NCBI RefSeq assembly: GCF_001262635.1
Contig: NZ_JXYH01000005.1
Location: 62,070-126,069, forward strand
Reading direction: 5' to 3'
DNA from: Aestuariivita boseongensis
GTDB taxonomy: Bacteria; Pseudomonadota; Alphaproteobacteria; Rhodobacterales; Rhodobacteraceae
Length of the DNA: 64,000 bases
The notes under the pieces are model-generated. The model was not told the origin of the DNA and did no database searches. It saw only the letters and a program-made list of their open reading frames with translations. Below, piece by piece: positions 49,236 through 59,801 of the stretch (within the stretch, counting starts at the first letter, position 1; each line of letters starts with the position of its first letter). Position numbers and translations under genes: made by a program.

Positions 49236-50411
49236 TCAGCCAGTTTCCGCACGCCCCAGCAACGCCCGTGCGATCACTTCGCGCTGGATCTCGCTTGTTC
49301 CTTCGAAGATGCGCATCACGCGGGCGTCCCGGTAAAGCCTCTCGATTTCGTAATCGCGACTGTATCCGTTGCCGCCATGAACCTGCAGCATCTTGTCGAC
49401 AACGCGACCGCACATTTCGGACGCGGCCAGTTTCGCCATCGAGGCTTCGGACCTTATGGCGCCATCGCGATCCAGCAGCCGCGCGCCCCGCAGCATCAAA
49501 AGCCAGGCCTGATCCAGTTCGGTGCGGCAATCCGCTATGGTAAAGCGCGTATTCTGAAAGGTGCTGAGCGGTACGCCGAAAGCTTTACGGTCGGCCGCAT
49601 AGGCCATCCCAAGCTCGAGCGCGCGTTCGGCAATGCCGATGGACTGAGCGGCAATCGCCAGACGGCTTGCGCCGATCCCCGACAGGGCCGCCGCGTATCC
49701 TTTTCCCGGTGCGCCCAGCACCTGAGCGTCAGATACCCGGGCATCGTCAAACTGCAACACCGCCGTGCCTGACGAACAGAGCCCCAGTTTGTCTTCGACC
49801 CGACCCAGCGAAAAGCCGGGGGTATCTTTTTCGACCAGAAAGGCCGTTACGGCGCCGTCACCCAGCTCGGGCGTTCTTGCAAACACCAGGAAAAGCTGCG
49901 CGCCGGCGGCCCCGGTGATCCATTGCTTTGTTCCATTCAGAACCCATCCGTCCCGGTCACGCACCGCTTGTGTCGTGATGCCGCCCGCGTCCGACCCTGC
50001 GCCAGGTTCTGTCAGGGCAAAGGACAGCGCACCAAGTTCGCCGTGGATGGCCGGGGCAAGATAGCGCTGGCGCTGGTCGTCGGTGGCATGCGCGTCGATG
50101 ATCGCCGCAGCAAGGTTGGAGGCAACCATGACAACGCCAACCGACGCATCCATCCGAGAGATCGCCTCGACCGCCAGGACATAAGCGGTTGTATCGGCCA
50201 AAGGCTCTTCACCCTCGGCACGGGCTTTCATGGCCATCCCGCCAAGCGCGGCAAGTTCCGAAATCAGGTCATTGGGGAAGGCGTGGCTTTTGTCGCGCGC
50301 GGCGGCACCTGGCGCCAGACGGTCTTTGGCGAACCGCAGCATGGTGTCGCGGATCTGGATCTGATCGGCCGTGAAATCGAGAGCGAAGCGTTCAAGGTCA
50401 TCAGCACTCAT
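49236..50411 (-). CDS. Acyl-CoA dehydrogenase
   Basis: ACAD N-terminal, middle (FALTEPGAGSD) and C-terminal (GGNGYSRDYEIERLYRDARV) domain signatures. Confidence 0.85.
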   Translation of the reverse strand: MSADDLERFALDFTADQIQIRDTMLRFAKDRLAPGAAARDKSHAFPNDLISELAALGGMAMKARAEGEEPLADTTAYVLAVEAISRMDASVGVVMVASNLAAAIIDAHATDDQRQRYLAPAIHGELGALSFALTEPGAGSDAGGITTQAVRDRDGWVLNGTKQWITGAAGAQLFLVFARTPELGDGAVTAFLVEKDTPGFSLGRVEDKLGLCSSGTAVLQFDDARVSDAQVLGAPGKGYAAALSGIGASRLAIAAQSIGIAERALELGMAYAADRKAFGVPLSTFQNTRFTIADCRTELDQAWLLMLRGARLLDRDGAIRSEASMAKLAASEMCGRVVDKMLQVHGGNGYSRDYEIERLYRDARVMRIFEGTSEIQREVIARALLGRAETG

Positions 50412-50687
50412 CTTTGCGGCCCTTCTTCCGTCCTGTTGCGGGTAAAGGACAACGAAACGCCCATTTTGACAAGTCAGACCATGTGGCGTGACGCTGGCGG
50501 TTGCGATGGAAACGGTGGGGCATCGCATGGCGCATTGGAATCCGGGCGTCATCCGCAAGATCAGACGGGTGACCGCCAGCACCGCCCAACCTTTCGCGCA
50601 AGACACCCACTCGAAAAAGAAAAACGGCCAGCAGATGTCCTGCCGGCCGTTTCCATTCTGACCCAGGCGCCCTGACGGGCGGAGGGT

Positions 50688-51350
50688 TTATTCTTCGCCG
50701 CCTTCGGCTTCGGCTTCTGCGGTGGTGGGCACTTCATCGGCCTCCACCTCTTCCTCGTCCTCGTCTTTCTGCGAGGCCAGACCAGACGGTGCCTGGATGT
50801 TGGCGATCACGAAGTCGCGGTCGATGGTGGGTTTCGCGCCAGAGGGCAGATCCACGGACGAGATGGTGATCGTGTCGCCGATCTCCAGACCCGACAGATC
50901 GACAACTACCTTCTCGGGAATGTCGCCCGCGGTCACGACCAGTTCCACCTCGGGGCGGACAACGGTCAGCACGCCGCCTTTTTTCAGGCCGGGGGCTGCG
51001 CCTTCGTTGGTGAATTCAACCGGGATGAACAGGTTGATTTTCGTGGTGCGGCGCAGGCGCATGAAATCCACGTGAGTGGGCAGGTCTTTGACCACGTCGC
51101 GCTGCACGTCGCGGCAGATGACGCGCACGTCGTCATGGCCATCGACTTTCAGGTTGAACAGGGTCGATTTGAACCGCCCGGCTTTCAGCATTTTCAACAG
51201 TGCGTTGAACGGAATGTTGATCGGAAGCGGATCGTTTTCGCCACCAAACACAATCCCCGGAACCAGCCCGTCGCGGCGGGCCTGACGAGCGGCGCCCTTG
51301 CCTGTCCCCGTCCGTTCCAGGGCGACAAGATCAGGAATCTCACCAGCCAT
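50688..51350 (-). CDS. rplY: 50S ribosomal protein L25 / general stress protein Ctc
   Basis: [21 protein letters not shown]25 signature plus a C-terminal acidic tail. Confidence 0.9.
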   Translation of the reverse strand: MAGEIPDLVALERTGTGKGAARQARRDGLVPGIVFGGENDPLPINIPFNALLKMLKAGRFKSTLFNLKVDGHDDVRVICRDVQRDVVKDLPTHVDFMRLRRTTKINLFIPVEFTNEGAAPGLKKGGVLTVVRPEVELVVTAGDIPEKVVVDLSGLEIGDTITISSVDLPSGAKPTIDRDFVIANIQAPSGLASQKDEDEEEVEADEVPTTAEAEAEGGEE

Positions 51351-51432
51351 AGAATATCTCCAAATTGTAAGGGCAGGGTGCCTCCAAGGCTGTCACCCCG
51401 CATGAAGCCGCGGCTTTAGACGGGAATCGCCG

Positions 51433-52872
51433 TTATGACAAGGGCAAAGATGGGGCTGGCCGCGCCTGCGGGCGCACAAGGCCCCAAAGGCCGGGAATGG
51501 CCAAGAGACCCGGCGGGACACAGGCGAGGAAAACAAGGTAGGCCACGTGTCGTGCGTCCGAGGTGGTGGACATGTCGAGAAAGCCCGCCGTGTTGGCCAC
51601 GATCCCGATATAGGCTGCGCCCAAAGCATAGCCGAACCGCTGGATTGTGGGCAGGGCACCGGCGATGCGCTGGGCCTCATCCGCGGGGGCAAGGGCGGTG
51701 GTGCGGCGGAGGATGAAGGTCCAGGCGATGCCGAACCCGCCGCCTTCGACAAGTGCGCAAAGCGCGATCAGCCACAGCGGCCCGTGCGGCACCGCATAGA
51801 GAAAGCCGGGGATGGAGAGGAGAACAAGCGCAATACCCAGCGTGATCAGCTGCGGATCGCGCCGTTCCGGGGCGGAAGAGACGAGGATCGCCGTGATTGT
51901 CCACCCGATGGAGGAGCAGGCCACGATATAGCCCACGGTCAGGGCAGAGGCCCCGTGGATGGCGGTGATCAGAAGCGGGCCGAAAGCGGTGATCGCGATG
52001 GTGGCCAGCGACAGCGCAAGGATCATGGACAGCGTCGCGCCTGCGGCTGTGCGCGGATCGAAGGGCGCGCTGGGCAGCAGGCGGGTGGCGGGCGTGGCGC
52101 GGCTGTCCTGCCAGAGAAACAGGGCGAAGGCTGTCAGGCCAGCACCCACCAGGAGGGAGGTTTGCAGCGGTTGCACGTCGATCCCCGCAATGGCCACAAG
52201 CAGGACGGAGGCCATGAGCAGCGACAGCCGGATTGCGGGGAAGCGTTCAGTGGCGGGGATATCCGATTGGCCGTCCTGCGGTGCCCGCAGAAAGATCCAC
52301 AGCGCCAGCACCAGCGCCTGTGCGGCGAAGAACGCGAAGCCCCAGCGCCAGGTGGCGAATTCCACGAACAGCCCTCCGATCAGCGGGCCGGTGAAGGCCG
52401 ACATGCCCCACAGCGCCGACACCGCCGCCAGGGCCCGCGCGGTATAGCGGGGCGGAAAAAGGACCGACACCGCGACAAAACCCATGGCGACAAGGCCGCC
52501 GCCGCCGATGCCCTGCAGCAAGCGCCCGGTCAGAACGACAGGCATGGAAGGGCTGACCGCGCTGAGCAGGCATCCCGCGCCGAAGATCAGCGCGGCCAGA
52601 CCCATGGGCGCGCGAAAGCCGTGGCGCATCACCAGCAGCGCCGAGGCCGCGCCCGCGATGATCGAGCCGATCTCGTAAAGCGCGACAGACCAGCCCACCA
52701 GCGCCGCCCCGCCGATATCGGCCACGATAGAGGGCAGCATGGTCGACACCACAAGGCTGTCGGCGGCGTGCAGCCAGACCGCAAGGCAGACCAAGAGAAG
52801 GGAGGGCACGTGGATAGCGCCGAGAAACTCGGCCCAGCTGACATGCTCGTTCTGGTTCAATTCCTTTTCCAT
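51433..52872 (-). CDS. MFS transporter (DHA2-like, ~14 TMS)
   Basis: Fourteen hydrophobic segments. MFS motif A context (GRLLQGIGGGG). Confidence 0.8.
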   Translation of the reverse strand: MEKELNQNEHVSWAEFLGAIHVPSLLLVCLAVWLHAADSLVVSTMLPSIVADIGGAALVGWSVALYEIGSIIAGAASALLVMRHGFRAPMGLAALIFGAGCLLSAVSPSMPVVLTGRLLQGIGGGGLVAMGFVAVSVLFPPRYTARALAAVSALWGMSAFTGPLIGGLFVEFATWRWGFAFFAAQALVLALWIFLRAPQDGQSDIPATERFPAIRLSLLMASVLLVAIAGIDVQPLQTSLLVGAGLTAFALFLWQDSRATPATRLLPSAPFDPRTAAGATLSMILALSLATIAITAFGPLLITAIHGASALTVGYIVACSSIGWTITAILVSSAPERRDPQLITLGIALVLLSIPGFLYAVPHGPLWLIALCALVEGGGFGIAWTFILRRTTALAPADEAQRIAGALPTIQRFGYALGAAYIGIVANTAGFLDMSTTSDARHVAYLVFLACVPPGLLAIPGLWGLVRPQARPAPSLPLS

Positions 52873-52967
52873 GACCTCAGTGGTAATTCCTCAAGCCAAC
52901 TTGAGGTCAAGCGGTTTTTTCACCTGCGCGCTTGCCGGGGGTATCGGGGTGTGAGAAGGGCTGTGCC

Positions 52968-54125
52968 ATGCCGTTCCTGACGCCCATACCCGGATTGCGC
53001 GCCCCTGCGCTGGCCTTTGTCGCGCAGGGCATGGTCTGGGCCGCCTTTGCCGCGCAGGTGCCGGTGATCAAGGCGCAGATCGGCGCGTCGGATGCGCAGA
53101 TCGGGACGGTGTTTCTGATCGCGTCGCTGGGGGCGATCGCGTCGGTCTGGATTGCGCCGGTCGCGGACCGCCTGTTGGGGGCGCGGTCTGTGGCGGTGAC
53201 CTCGGCCCTGTTGGGGCTGATCTTTATCGCCTTGTCGCTTTCGCCGAATATCCTGACATTTGTCGTGGTTTTCCTGGTGGTTTCGGCGATCTCGGGCGTG
53301 TCCGACATCGTGATGAACGCGCGCACCTCGGAGGTGGAAAGCGCGCAGAACCGGTCGCTGATGAACCTGAACCATGCGGCCTTTTCCTTTGCCTATGCAG
53401 GCACGGCGCTGATGACGGGTTTCGCGCGGGAGGCCGGGTTTGGCCCGCTGGCGATCTTCGCAGTGGTGGCCGCGATCATTCTGGCGATGTCGGTCTTCAT
53501 GCACGCGCCCCACGGCGCCCACGAAGAAAACGCCCATGACAGCCCGGCCCTGCCCATGGGGCTGGTCTGGGTCGGCGGGTTTGTCGTGATGGCGGGGTTT
53601 TTCACCGAAGTGGCGGTCGAGGGCTGGTCGGCCCTGCATATCGAACGCGAGCTGGGCGGCGATGCTACGGCGGGTGCGCTGGGCCCTGCAATTCTGGGTT
53701 TGACCATGGGGTTCGGGCGGCTGGTCGGGCAGGTGCTGACCCGGTATTTCACCGACACGGCGCTGATCGCCGGGGCCTGCCTGACATCGGCGCTGGGCGC
53801 TGTGATGGCGGCGCTGGCGGGAAGCCCGGCCATGGCGCAGGCCGGGTTCGGCGTGATGGGGCTGGGCGTGTCGCTGGTGGTGCCGCTGGCCATGGGGATC
53901 ATCGGGCGCAGCGTGGCCCCGTCGCAGCGGGTGGCCGCCTTGTCGCGCGCGTCGGCCATCAGCTATGCCGCCTTTGTGGTAGGGCCCTTCACAATGGGGG
54001 CCGTGGCCGAGGCCGTGTCGCTGGCGGCATCCTTCGTGATGGTGGCGGCGATCCTTGTGGCGGTCACGGTGGGGCTGATCCCCATTCTGACGCGGCGGTT
54101 ACGCGCTGTGGGGGGCGAACTCTAG
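52968..54125 (+). CDS. MFS transporter (12 TMS)
   Basis: GAGAAGGG RBS. 12 predicted TM helices. Divergent from the neighbouring MFS gene. Confidence 0.75.
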   Translation: MPFLTPIPGLRAPALAFVAQGMVWAAFAAQVPVIKAQIGASDAQIGTVFLIASLGAIASVWIAPVADRLLGARSVAVTSALLGLIFIALSLSPNILTFVVVFLVVSAISGVSDIVMNARTSEVESAQNRSLMNLNHAAFSFAYAGTALMTGFAREAGFGPLAIFAVVAAIILAMSVFMHAPHGAHEENAHDSPALPMGLVWVGGFVVMAGFFTEVAVEGWSALHIERELGGDATAGALGPAILGLTMGFGRLVGQVLTRYFTDTALIAGACLTSALGAVMAALAGSPAMAQAGFGVMGLGVSLVVPLAMGIIGRSVAPSQRVAALSRASAISYAAFVVGPFTMGAVAEAVSLAASFVMVAAILVAVTVGLIPILTRRLRAVGGEL

Positions 54126-54725
54126 CACGCCGCCCGCATCCATCAGCCTGTCATAAAGCGCAAATTCCTTGGCCCGGGCGGCGCGGAGTTTGGCAAGCGT
54201 TGCAGGCTCAAGCGGGGTTTCGCCCTTGGGAGAGACATTCTGCTTCTTGAACTCAAGCGCTTCGCCGAACCGGTCCTGCAGAAATGCGTGGAACCGGTCG
54301 CGATGGGCATAGGCAAAAAGCCGGTGCACCAGGACGTCGCCACTGGCGGAGGTGAGGAATTTGAACTGGCTGCCCACGGCGGCGTGATCGGGCGGGTCAT
54401 CCGCGATCACATCAAGGATGAACTGGTCAAAGCTGATGCCAGCAGTGCTTTTGGGTGATCCGCGCAGATCGGCATTGGTGCGGTATCGGTACCAGCTGGA
54501 CAGCTGTTCGACCGGATCGCGCATCACGGCCACGCGGTCGGGGCGCAGGTTATAGGCCTGTTCCAGAAAGGGCGCGACGCGGTTATGAAAACCGCGCGCG
54601 GGCATGTGTTTGCGGTGGCGGGCAAAAACGATATCGGCCCGCCGTTTCAGCGCCATTTCCACGGCGGTCGTGCCGGTTTTCGGCTCGGCGAGATAGGCAA
54701 GGTTCTGGCGCGAGAAAATCAGCAT
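54099..54725 (-). CDS. Sulfotransferase-family protein
   Basis: 5'-phosphosulfate-binding loop AEPKTGTTA. 3'-PB-like RxxS context. ~200-aa size typical of Stf0-like sulfotransferases. Confidence 0.6.
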   Translation of the reverse strand: MLIFSRQNLAYLAEPKTGTTAVEMALKRRADIVFARHRKHMPARGFHNRVAPFLEQAYNLRPDRVAVMRDPVEQLSSWYRYRTNADLRGSPKSTAGISFDQFILDVIADDPPDHAAVGSQFKFLTSASGDVLVHRLFAYAHRDRFHAFLQDRFGEALEFKKQNVSPKGETPLEPATLAKLRAARAKEFALYDRLMDAGGVLEFAPHSA

Positions 54726-54749
54726 GACCCGAGCCTTAGCCTGATTGCC

Positions 54750-55916
54750 CTATTGCTGCCAACGGCCTTCGAAATCTTCCGGCACCAGCAGGTTGTGCCG
54801 GCCCAGATTTTCAACCGACCGTTCACCGCAGAGCGCCATGGTGGTGTCGAGTTCCTTGTGGATGACCTCAAGCGCCTTGGTCACGCCTTTCTGGCCCATC
54901 GCGCCCAGCCCATATACGAAGGCGCGCCCGATATAGGTGCCTTTTGCGCCCATCGCGACGGCCTTGAGCACGTCCTGGCCGGATCGGATACCGCTGTCGA
55001 GGTGGACTTCCATCTTGTCGCCGACGGCATCCATGATCTGCGGCAGCATGCGGATCGAGCTGAGTGCGCCGTCGAGTTGGCGGCCGCCGTGGTTCGACAC
55101 GACGATGGCATCTGCGCCCAGCTTAGCGGCCATCTTGGCGTCTTCGGCATCCAGGATACCTTTGAGGATGACCTTGCCGCCCCACATCTCCATCAGTTTT
55201 TCGATCTTCTTCCAGTCGAGCGTGAGGTCGAATTGCTCGGCCGTCCACGCGCCCAGGGAGGAGGCGTCAGAGATGCCCTGCACATGGCCCACGATATTGC
55301 CGAATTCGCGGCGCTTGGCAGAAAGCATTTCGATGCCCCAGGCCCATTTGGTCATCAGGTTGGCGATGGTCTTGGGGGTCAGTTTCGGCGGGGCGGAGAG
55401 GCCGTTTTTGAGGTCTTTATGCCGTTGGCCCAGGATTTGCAGGTCAAGCGTGATCACCAGGGCTGAGCATTTGGCATCCTTCGCGCGCTGGATCAGGCGG
55501 CGGACGTAGTCTTCGTCCTTCATGGTATAAAGCTGGAACCAGAAGGGTTTGGAGGTGTAGCTGGCCACATCTTCGATCGAGTTGATCGACATGGTCGAAA
55601 GCGTGAAGGGCACGCCGAATTTCTCGGCCGCGCGGGCGGCTTTCATTTCGCCATCTGCATGCTGCATGCCGGTCAGGCCGACGGGGGCCAGCGCCACGGG
55701 CATGGCGACGTCTTCGCCGATCATTTGCGTTTTTGTGCTGCGGCCCGACATGTCGACGGCCACGCGCTGGCGCAGGCGGATCTTGTCGAAATCGGAGGTG
55801 TTTTCGCGGAAGGTCTGTTCCGTCCAGCTGCCTGATTCCGCGTAATCGTAGAACATCCGCGGCACGCGACGTTCATAGATGCGGCGCAGGTCTTCGATGT
55901 TGGTGATCACAGGCAT
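54750..55916 (-). CDS. lldD: FMN-dependent L-lactate / alpha-hydroxy-acid dehydrogenase
   Basis: FMN-binding alpha-hydroxy-acid oxidase fold motifs (PFWFQLY, SNHGGRQLD, catalytic His context). Confidence 0.85.
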   Translation of the reverse strand: MPVITNIEDLRRIYERRVPRMFYDYAESGSWTEQTFRENTSDFDKIRLRQRVAVDMSGRSTKTQMIGEDVAMPVALAPVGLTGMQHADGEMKAARAAEKFGVPFTLSTMSINSIEDVASYTSKPFWFQLYTMKDEDYVRRLIQRAKDAKCSALVITLDLQILGQRHKDLKNGLSAPPKLTPKTIANLMTKWAWGIEMLSAKRREFGNIVGHVQGISDASSLGAWTAEQFDLTLDWKKIEKLMEMWGGKVILKGILDAEDAKMAAKLGADAIVVSNHGGRQLDGALSSIRMLPQIMDAVGDKMEVHLDSGIRSGQDVLKAVAMGAKGTYIGRAFVYGLGAMGQKGVTKALEVIHKELDTTMALCGERSVENLGRHNLLVPEDFEGRWQQ

Positions 55917-56050
55917 GACGGTCCCCTTGCAATTGGTCTGATTTTCTTACCGGCGGGCAAAAAGATTCTCAATGCGGCACGATCGCCTTGATTTTGAAGA
56001 TGCGATATGTATCTAAATAGTGCAATATCGTATTAATTGGAGAGATCGCC

Positions 56051-57190
56051 ATGACATTGTCGCGCCGCAAAACCCTTGCCCTGATCGGGGGCGGAACCAT
56101 TTTCGCAGCAAGCTCGGCCGCTGGGTTTGCCGTCACCCGCATGCCCGAAGATGCCGTCGCCCCTTGGGCGGCTGCGGGGGGATATGACGATCCGCGCCTG
56201 CGTGCGCTGAGCTATGCGATCCTGGCGCCCAACCCGCATAACCGGCAGCCGTGGAAGGTGGATGTGTCAGTGCCGGGGGAGGTGACGCTTTATGTCGATA
56301 CGGACCGCCTGCTGCCGCATACCGACCCGTTCAGCCGTCAGATTGTGATTGGCTTGGGCTGTTTTCTGGAAGTGATGCGGATGGCGGCATTGGAGGATGG
56401 ACATTCTGTTGAGACGGTGGTGTTTCCCGACGGCTCGGACCCGGAGGCACTGGATGCGCGCCCGGTTGCGCGCTGTCGGTTCGTGAAGGCGGATGTGGTG
56501 CGGGATCCTTTGTTTGCCCATGTGATGGAGCGGCGGTCTTTGAAGGAGCCGTTTGATGTGGAGCGTCCGGTGGATCAGGCGGTGTTGGACCGGATTTTGG
56601 CGGCGGCGCGGTCTTCGGACGTGGGGGGATCGGTGGCGCCTGAGGATATCGCGGCGTTGCGGGAGTTGAGCCACGAAGCGCTGCGGATCGAGATCGAGAC
56701 GCCGCATACCTATAAGGAAAGCGTGGATCTGTTCCGCATCGGGCGGCGCGAGGTGAATGCGAACCCGGACGGCATCGATTTCTCCGGCCCGATGTTCGAG
56801 GCGATGGCGCTGACCGGTACCTTTACCCGCGAGGCGGCGCTGAACCGGGAAAGCCTGGCCTATACCGAAGGGCTGAAGGCGGTATTTGCCAATACCGATA
56901 CGGCCATGGGCCATTTGTGGCAGGTGACGCGCAGCAATACGCGCGCCGATCAGATCGCGGCGGGGCGCGATTGGGTGCGGCTGAACCTGGCGGCGACGGC
57001 AGAAGGGTTGGGCATTCAGCCGCTGAGCCAGGCCCTGCAGGAGTATCCGGAGATGGCGCAGCTTTATGACGACATTCACGCACGGCTGGCGCCGCAGGGC
57101 GGAACCGTGCAAATGTTTGCGCGGATCGGATATGGCCCCGAGGTTGGAGCAAGCCCGCGCTGGGCGTTGGAGGAGAAGATTGTCGGATAA
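56051..57190 (+). CDS. Tat-exported nitroreductase-family (Acg-like) protein
   Basis: Twin-arginine signal SRRKTLALIGGG. Two nitroreductase-like halves. Confidence 0.65.
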   Translation: MTLSRRKTLALIGGGTIFAASSAAGFAVTRMPEDAVAPWAAAGGYDDPRLRALSYAILAPNPHNRQPWKVDVSVPGEVTLYVDTDRLLPHTDPFSRQIVIGLGCFLEVMRMAALEDGHSVETVVFPDGSDPEALDARPVARCRFVKADVVRDPLFAHVMERRSLKEPFDVERPVDQAVLDRILAAARSSDVGGSVAPEDIAALRELSHEALRIEIETPHTYKESVDLFRIGRREVNANPDGIDFSGPMFEAMALTGTFTREAALNRESLAYTEGLKAVFANTDTAMGHLWQVTRSNTRADQIAAGRDWVRLNLAATAEGLGIQPLSQALQEYPEMAQLYDDIHARLAPQGGTVQMFARIGYGPEVGASPRWALEEKIVG

Positions 57191-57206
57191 GGCAGAGGTG
57201 AACCCG

Positions 57207-57674
57207 ATGGCGTTGTTCCAGCTGTTCAACGAGATCGGGATCATCGAACAACTGAGCCGCACAATCATGGAGGCGCGACTGCCCAAAGGGCTGATCGCGC
57301 CCCATTTCGGTGTGCTGAACCATCTGATCCGGGTCGCTGATGGGCGCACTCTGGTCGAGTTGGCGCGGGCGTTTCAGGTGCCGAAGACCTCGATGACGCA
57401 CACGGTGGCGGGGCTGTCGAAACATGGGCTGGTGATGGTGCGTCCGAACCCCAATGACGGGCGCAGCAAATGTGTGTGGATCACTGATGAGGGCCGTGCG
57501 CTGCGCGATCGGGTGATCACCGATCTGACGCCGGAGTTCCAGGAATTGCTGGACGGGTTCGATGTGGAACGGCTGTTCGCCATCCTGCCGGTGCTGACGG
57601 ATCTGCGTGTCTTCCTTGACGAGCATCGCAATGCCGAGGCCCCGCGCGACCGCGAATTTCGCACGCAGGCGTGA
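57207..57674 (+). CDS. MarR-family transcriptional regulator
   Basis: Winged-helix (LARAFQVPKTSMTHTVAGLSKHGLVMVRPNPNDGRSKCVWITDEG). AGAGG RBS. Confidence 0.85.
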   Translation: MALFQLFNEIGIIEQLSRTIMEARLPKGLIAPHFGVLNHLIRVADGRTLVELARAFQVPKTSMTHTVAGLSKHGLVMVRPNPNDGRSKCVWITDEGRALRDRVITDLTPEFQELLDGFDVERLFAILPVLTDLRVFLDEHRNAEAPRDREFRTQA

Positions 57675-57815
57675 TCCAAAGGTGCGGCTGACGCCGCATT
57701 CTTTTTGTGGATTTGCCGCTTGGGGGTTTTGTTCAGCCTGAATGTGTCGAGTATGGCCCGGTGGCCTCTGTTGGAGTGCCGTATTTGGAAAGAGAAGAAG
57801 AGAGGGCCGCGCGCC

Positions 57816-58259
57816 ATGTATTTCGACGATATGCCGGTTGGGTTTACCTTTGAGACGGGCAGCCGGACGCTGAGCGCGGAGGCGATCAAACGGTTTGCGC
57901 GGGAATGGGACCCGCAGCCCTTTCACCTGGATGAGGATGCGGCGGCGGCCTCGGTTTACGGCGGGCTGATTGCCAGCGGGTTTCACACGGTGCTGACGGC
58001 ATTTACCCTGACGCTGGAGGCAAGCGATTGGTCGGACAGTTCCATGGGATCGCCGGGTATGGAGAATGTGCGCTGGATCAAGCCGGTTTATGCGGGCGAT
58101 ACGCTGCGGGTGAAGGCCGAGGTGACGGCGGCCACGCCGTCGCGGTCAAAGCCCGATCGCGGATTTGTCGAGGTGCAGTATGATATCCTGAACCAGGATG
58201 ACGTTCTGGTCGCGGCCTACCGGGCGAGCCATATGCTGCGCCGCCGTCAGGCGGAGTGA
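57816..58259 (+). CDS. MaoC-like (R)-hydratase/dehydratase (hot-dog fold)
   Basis: [14 protein letters not shown]...[10 protein letters not shown] hot-dog motif. Confidence 0.8.
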   Translation: MYFDDMPVGFTFETGSRTLSAEAIKRFAREWDPQPFHLDEDAAAASVYGGLIASGFHTVLTAFTLTLEASDWSDSSMGSPGMENVRWIKPVYAGDTLRVKAEVTAATPSRSKPDRGFVEVQYDILNQDDVLVAAYRASHMLRRRQAE

Positions 58260-59038
58260 GCACCGTCAGCCAGAGATTTCACGAAATCCAGCACATCGTC
58301 CACCGGTTTGCCGGCGGCGATCTGACTGACGATGGCTGAGCCCACGACAGCGCCGTCAGAGACGCTGGCGATGGTTTTGGCGCGGTCCGGCGTGTTGATG
58401 CCGAAGCCCACGATCACCGGAAGGTTGGTCTGCGATTTGATGCGTGCCACTTCGGGGCCGACGTCGGAGGCCTGCGCCTCGGCCGAGCCGGTGATACCGG
58501 TGATCGAGACGTAATAGACAAAGCCGGAGGTGTTCTGCAGCACGCGCGGCAGGCGCTTGTCATCGGTGGTGGGCGTGGCAAGGCGGATGAAGTTCAGCCC
58601 GGCCTTTTGCGCGGGGATGCACAGTTCGTCATCTTCTTCGGGCGGCAGATCAACGACGATAAGGCCGTCGATGCCCGCCTCGACCGCTTCGGCCAGGAAC
58701 CGGTCGACGCCGCGCGAATAGATCGGGTTGTAATAGCCCATCAGCACAATGGGGGTGGTGTCATTGGTGCTGCGGAAGTCGCGGACCATCTGCAGGGTCT
58801 TGTCCACGGTCATGCCGCCTTCGAGTGCGCGTTGACCGGCCAGCTGGATCGTGGGGCCATCAGCCATGGGATCTGTAAAGGGCAGGCCCAGTTCGATGAT
58901 ATCGACGCCCGCGCCGGGCAGGCCCTTGACCACCTCAAGCGAGGTGGCGACGTCGGGGTCTCCCGCCATCACATAGGCGACGAAGGCTTTACGACCTTGG
59001 GCTTTGAGGTCGGCGAATGTCTGGTCAATCCGGGTCAT
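58247..59038 (-). CDS. trpA: Tryptophan synthase alpha chain
   Basis: VAYVMAGDP...[17 protein letters not shown]...VDLPPEE...[13 protein letters not shown] motifs. Confidence 0.9.
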   Translation of the reverse strand: MTRIDQTFADLKAQGRKAFVAYVMAGDPDVATSLEVVKGLPGAGVDIIELGLPFTDPMADGPTIQLAGQRALEGGMTVDKTLQMVRDFRSTNDTTPIVLMGYYNPIYSRGVDRFLAEAVEAGIDGLIVVDLPPEEDDELCIPAQKAGLNFIRLATPTTDDKRLPRVLQNTSGFVYYVSITGITGSAEAQASDVGPEVARIKSQTNLPVIVGFGINTPDRAKTIASVSDGAVVGSAIVSQIAAGKPVDDVLDFVKSLADGAHSA

Positions 59039-59108
59039 GGGGCGCCTTTGGCTGAAGGTGTCGGCACCTGTTGCCAAAAGCGGATCAGGAAATCAATGCG
59101 TCTTGCGA

Positions 59109-59600
59109 TCAGAGCGGCGCATGCCAGCGCAGAAGGACCGCATCGGCGCCGGGGTTCACATTGTCCAGACTGGCATTGGATTTATGGGTGATCGCCAGCG
59201 ACAGGCTTTGGCCGCCTGCGAATTGATAGCCCAGGCCCAGAAGCGAGCGGAATTCCAGATCGCTGCCCAGATCATTGCCGGGAACGCCCGCATCGTAATA
59301 GCCCGGCATAACGCTGAGATCGACGAACCATCCGCCGTTCCAGGCCCAGCGCAGCGCGACGCCTGCACCGGCGAAGAGATCGCTTTCCTCGGTCGCAGAG
59401 ATATTGGCGGCGAAGGCAGCCGAAAAGATGCCGCGTTCGAAGAACGGGCTGTGGCGGTATTCAAGGCTGAGAATGCCGCTGTCTGTTCCGGCGCCCGGGT
59501 AATCGGTGCTGCCCAGGCCGATGGCGATCTCCTGCGCCTGGGCGGCTGCGGGCAGCGCCAGGGCGGCCAGCAGCGCTGCGATCTGACTATGTCGTTTCAT
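59109..59600 (-). CDS. Outer-membrane beta-barrel protein of the PagL-like lipid A deacylase / acyloxyacyl hydrolase family
   Basis: Signal peptide. Alternating beta-strand pattern. HKSNAS catalytic-type motif near the C-terminus. Confidence 0.55.
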   Translation of the reverse strand: MKRHSQIAALLAALALPAAAQAQEIAIGLGSTDYPGAGTDSGILSLEYRHSPFFERGIFSAAFAANISATEESDLFAGAGVALRWAWNGGWFVDLSVMPGYYDAGVPGNDLGSDLEFRSLLGLGYQFAGGQSLSLAITHKSNASLDNVNPGADAVLLRWHAPL

Positions 59601-59801
59601 CTGAAATCTCGTCTTTGAATACGTGTTTGTTTGTTCCTAGCCGGAAAGAGGGGCGCGAATAAACAGGCTTTGCGCCCCGAACCGGGAGAAAAAGACGCGG
59701 TGTTACCGATTTGTAGCGTGTTTGACCGTTAAAGGGGAGCTTGCGCCGCTGGGGCAGGGTGATAGAAGCCCCGCCAGACGAGTGGCATGAAAGGGGCTGA
59801 G

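Noticed and set aside
51547-52980. 477-aa plus-strand ORF antisense to the DHA2-like MFS gene
   Set aside because: The minus strand encodes 14 clean TM helices. The plus-strand product is highly charged (R/G/D/H/Q), which is implausible.
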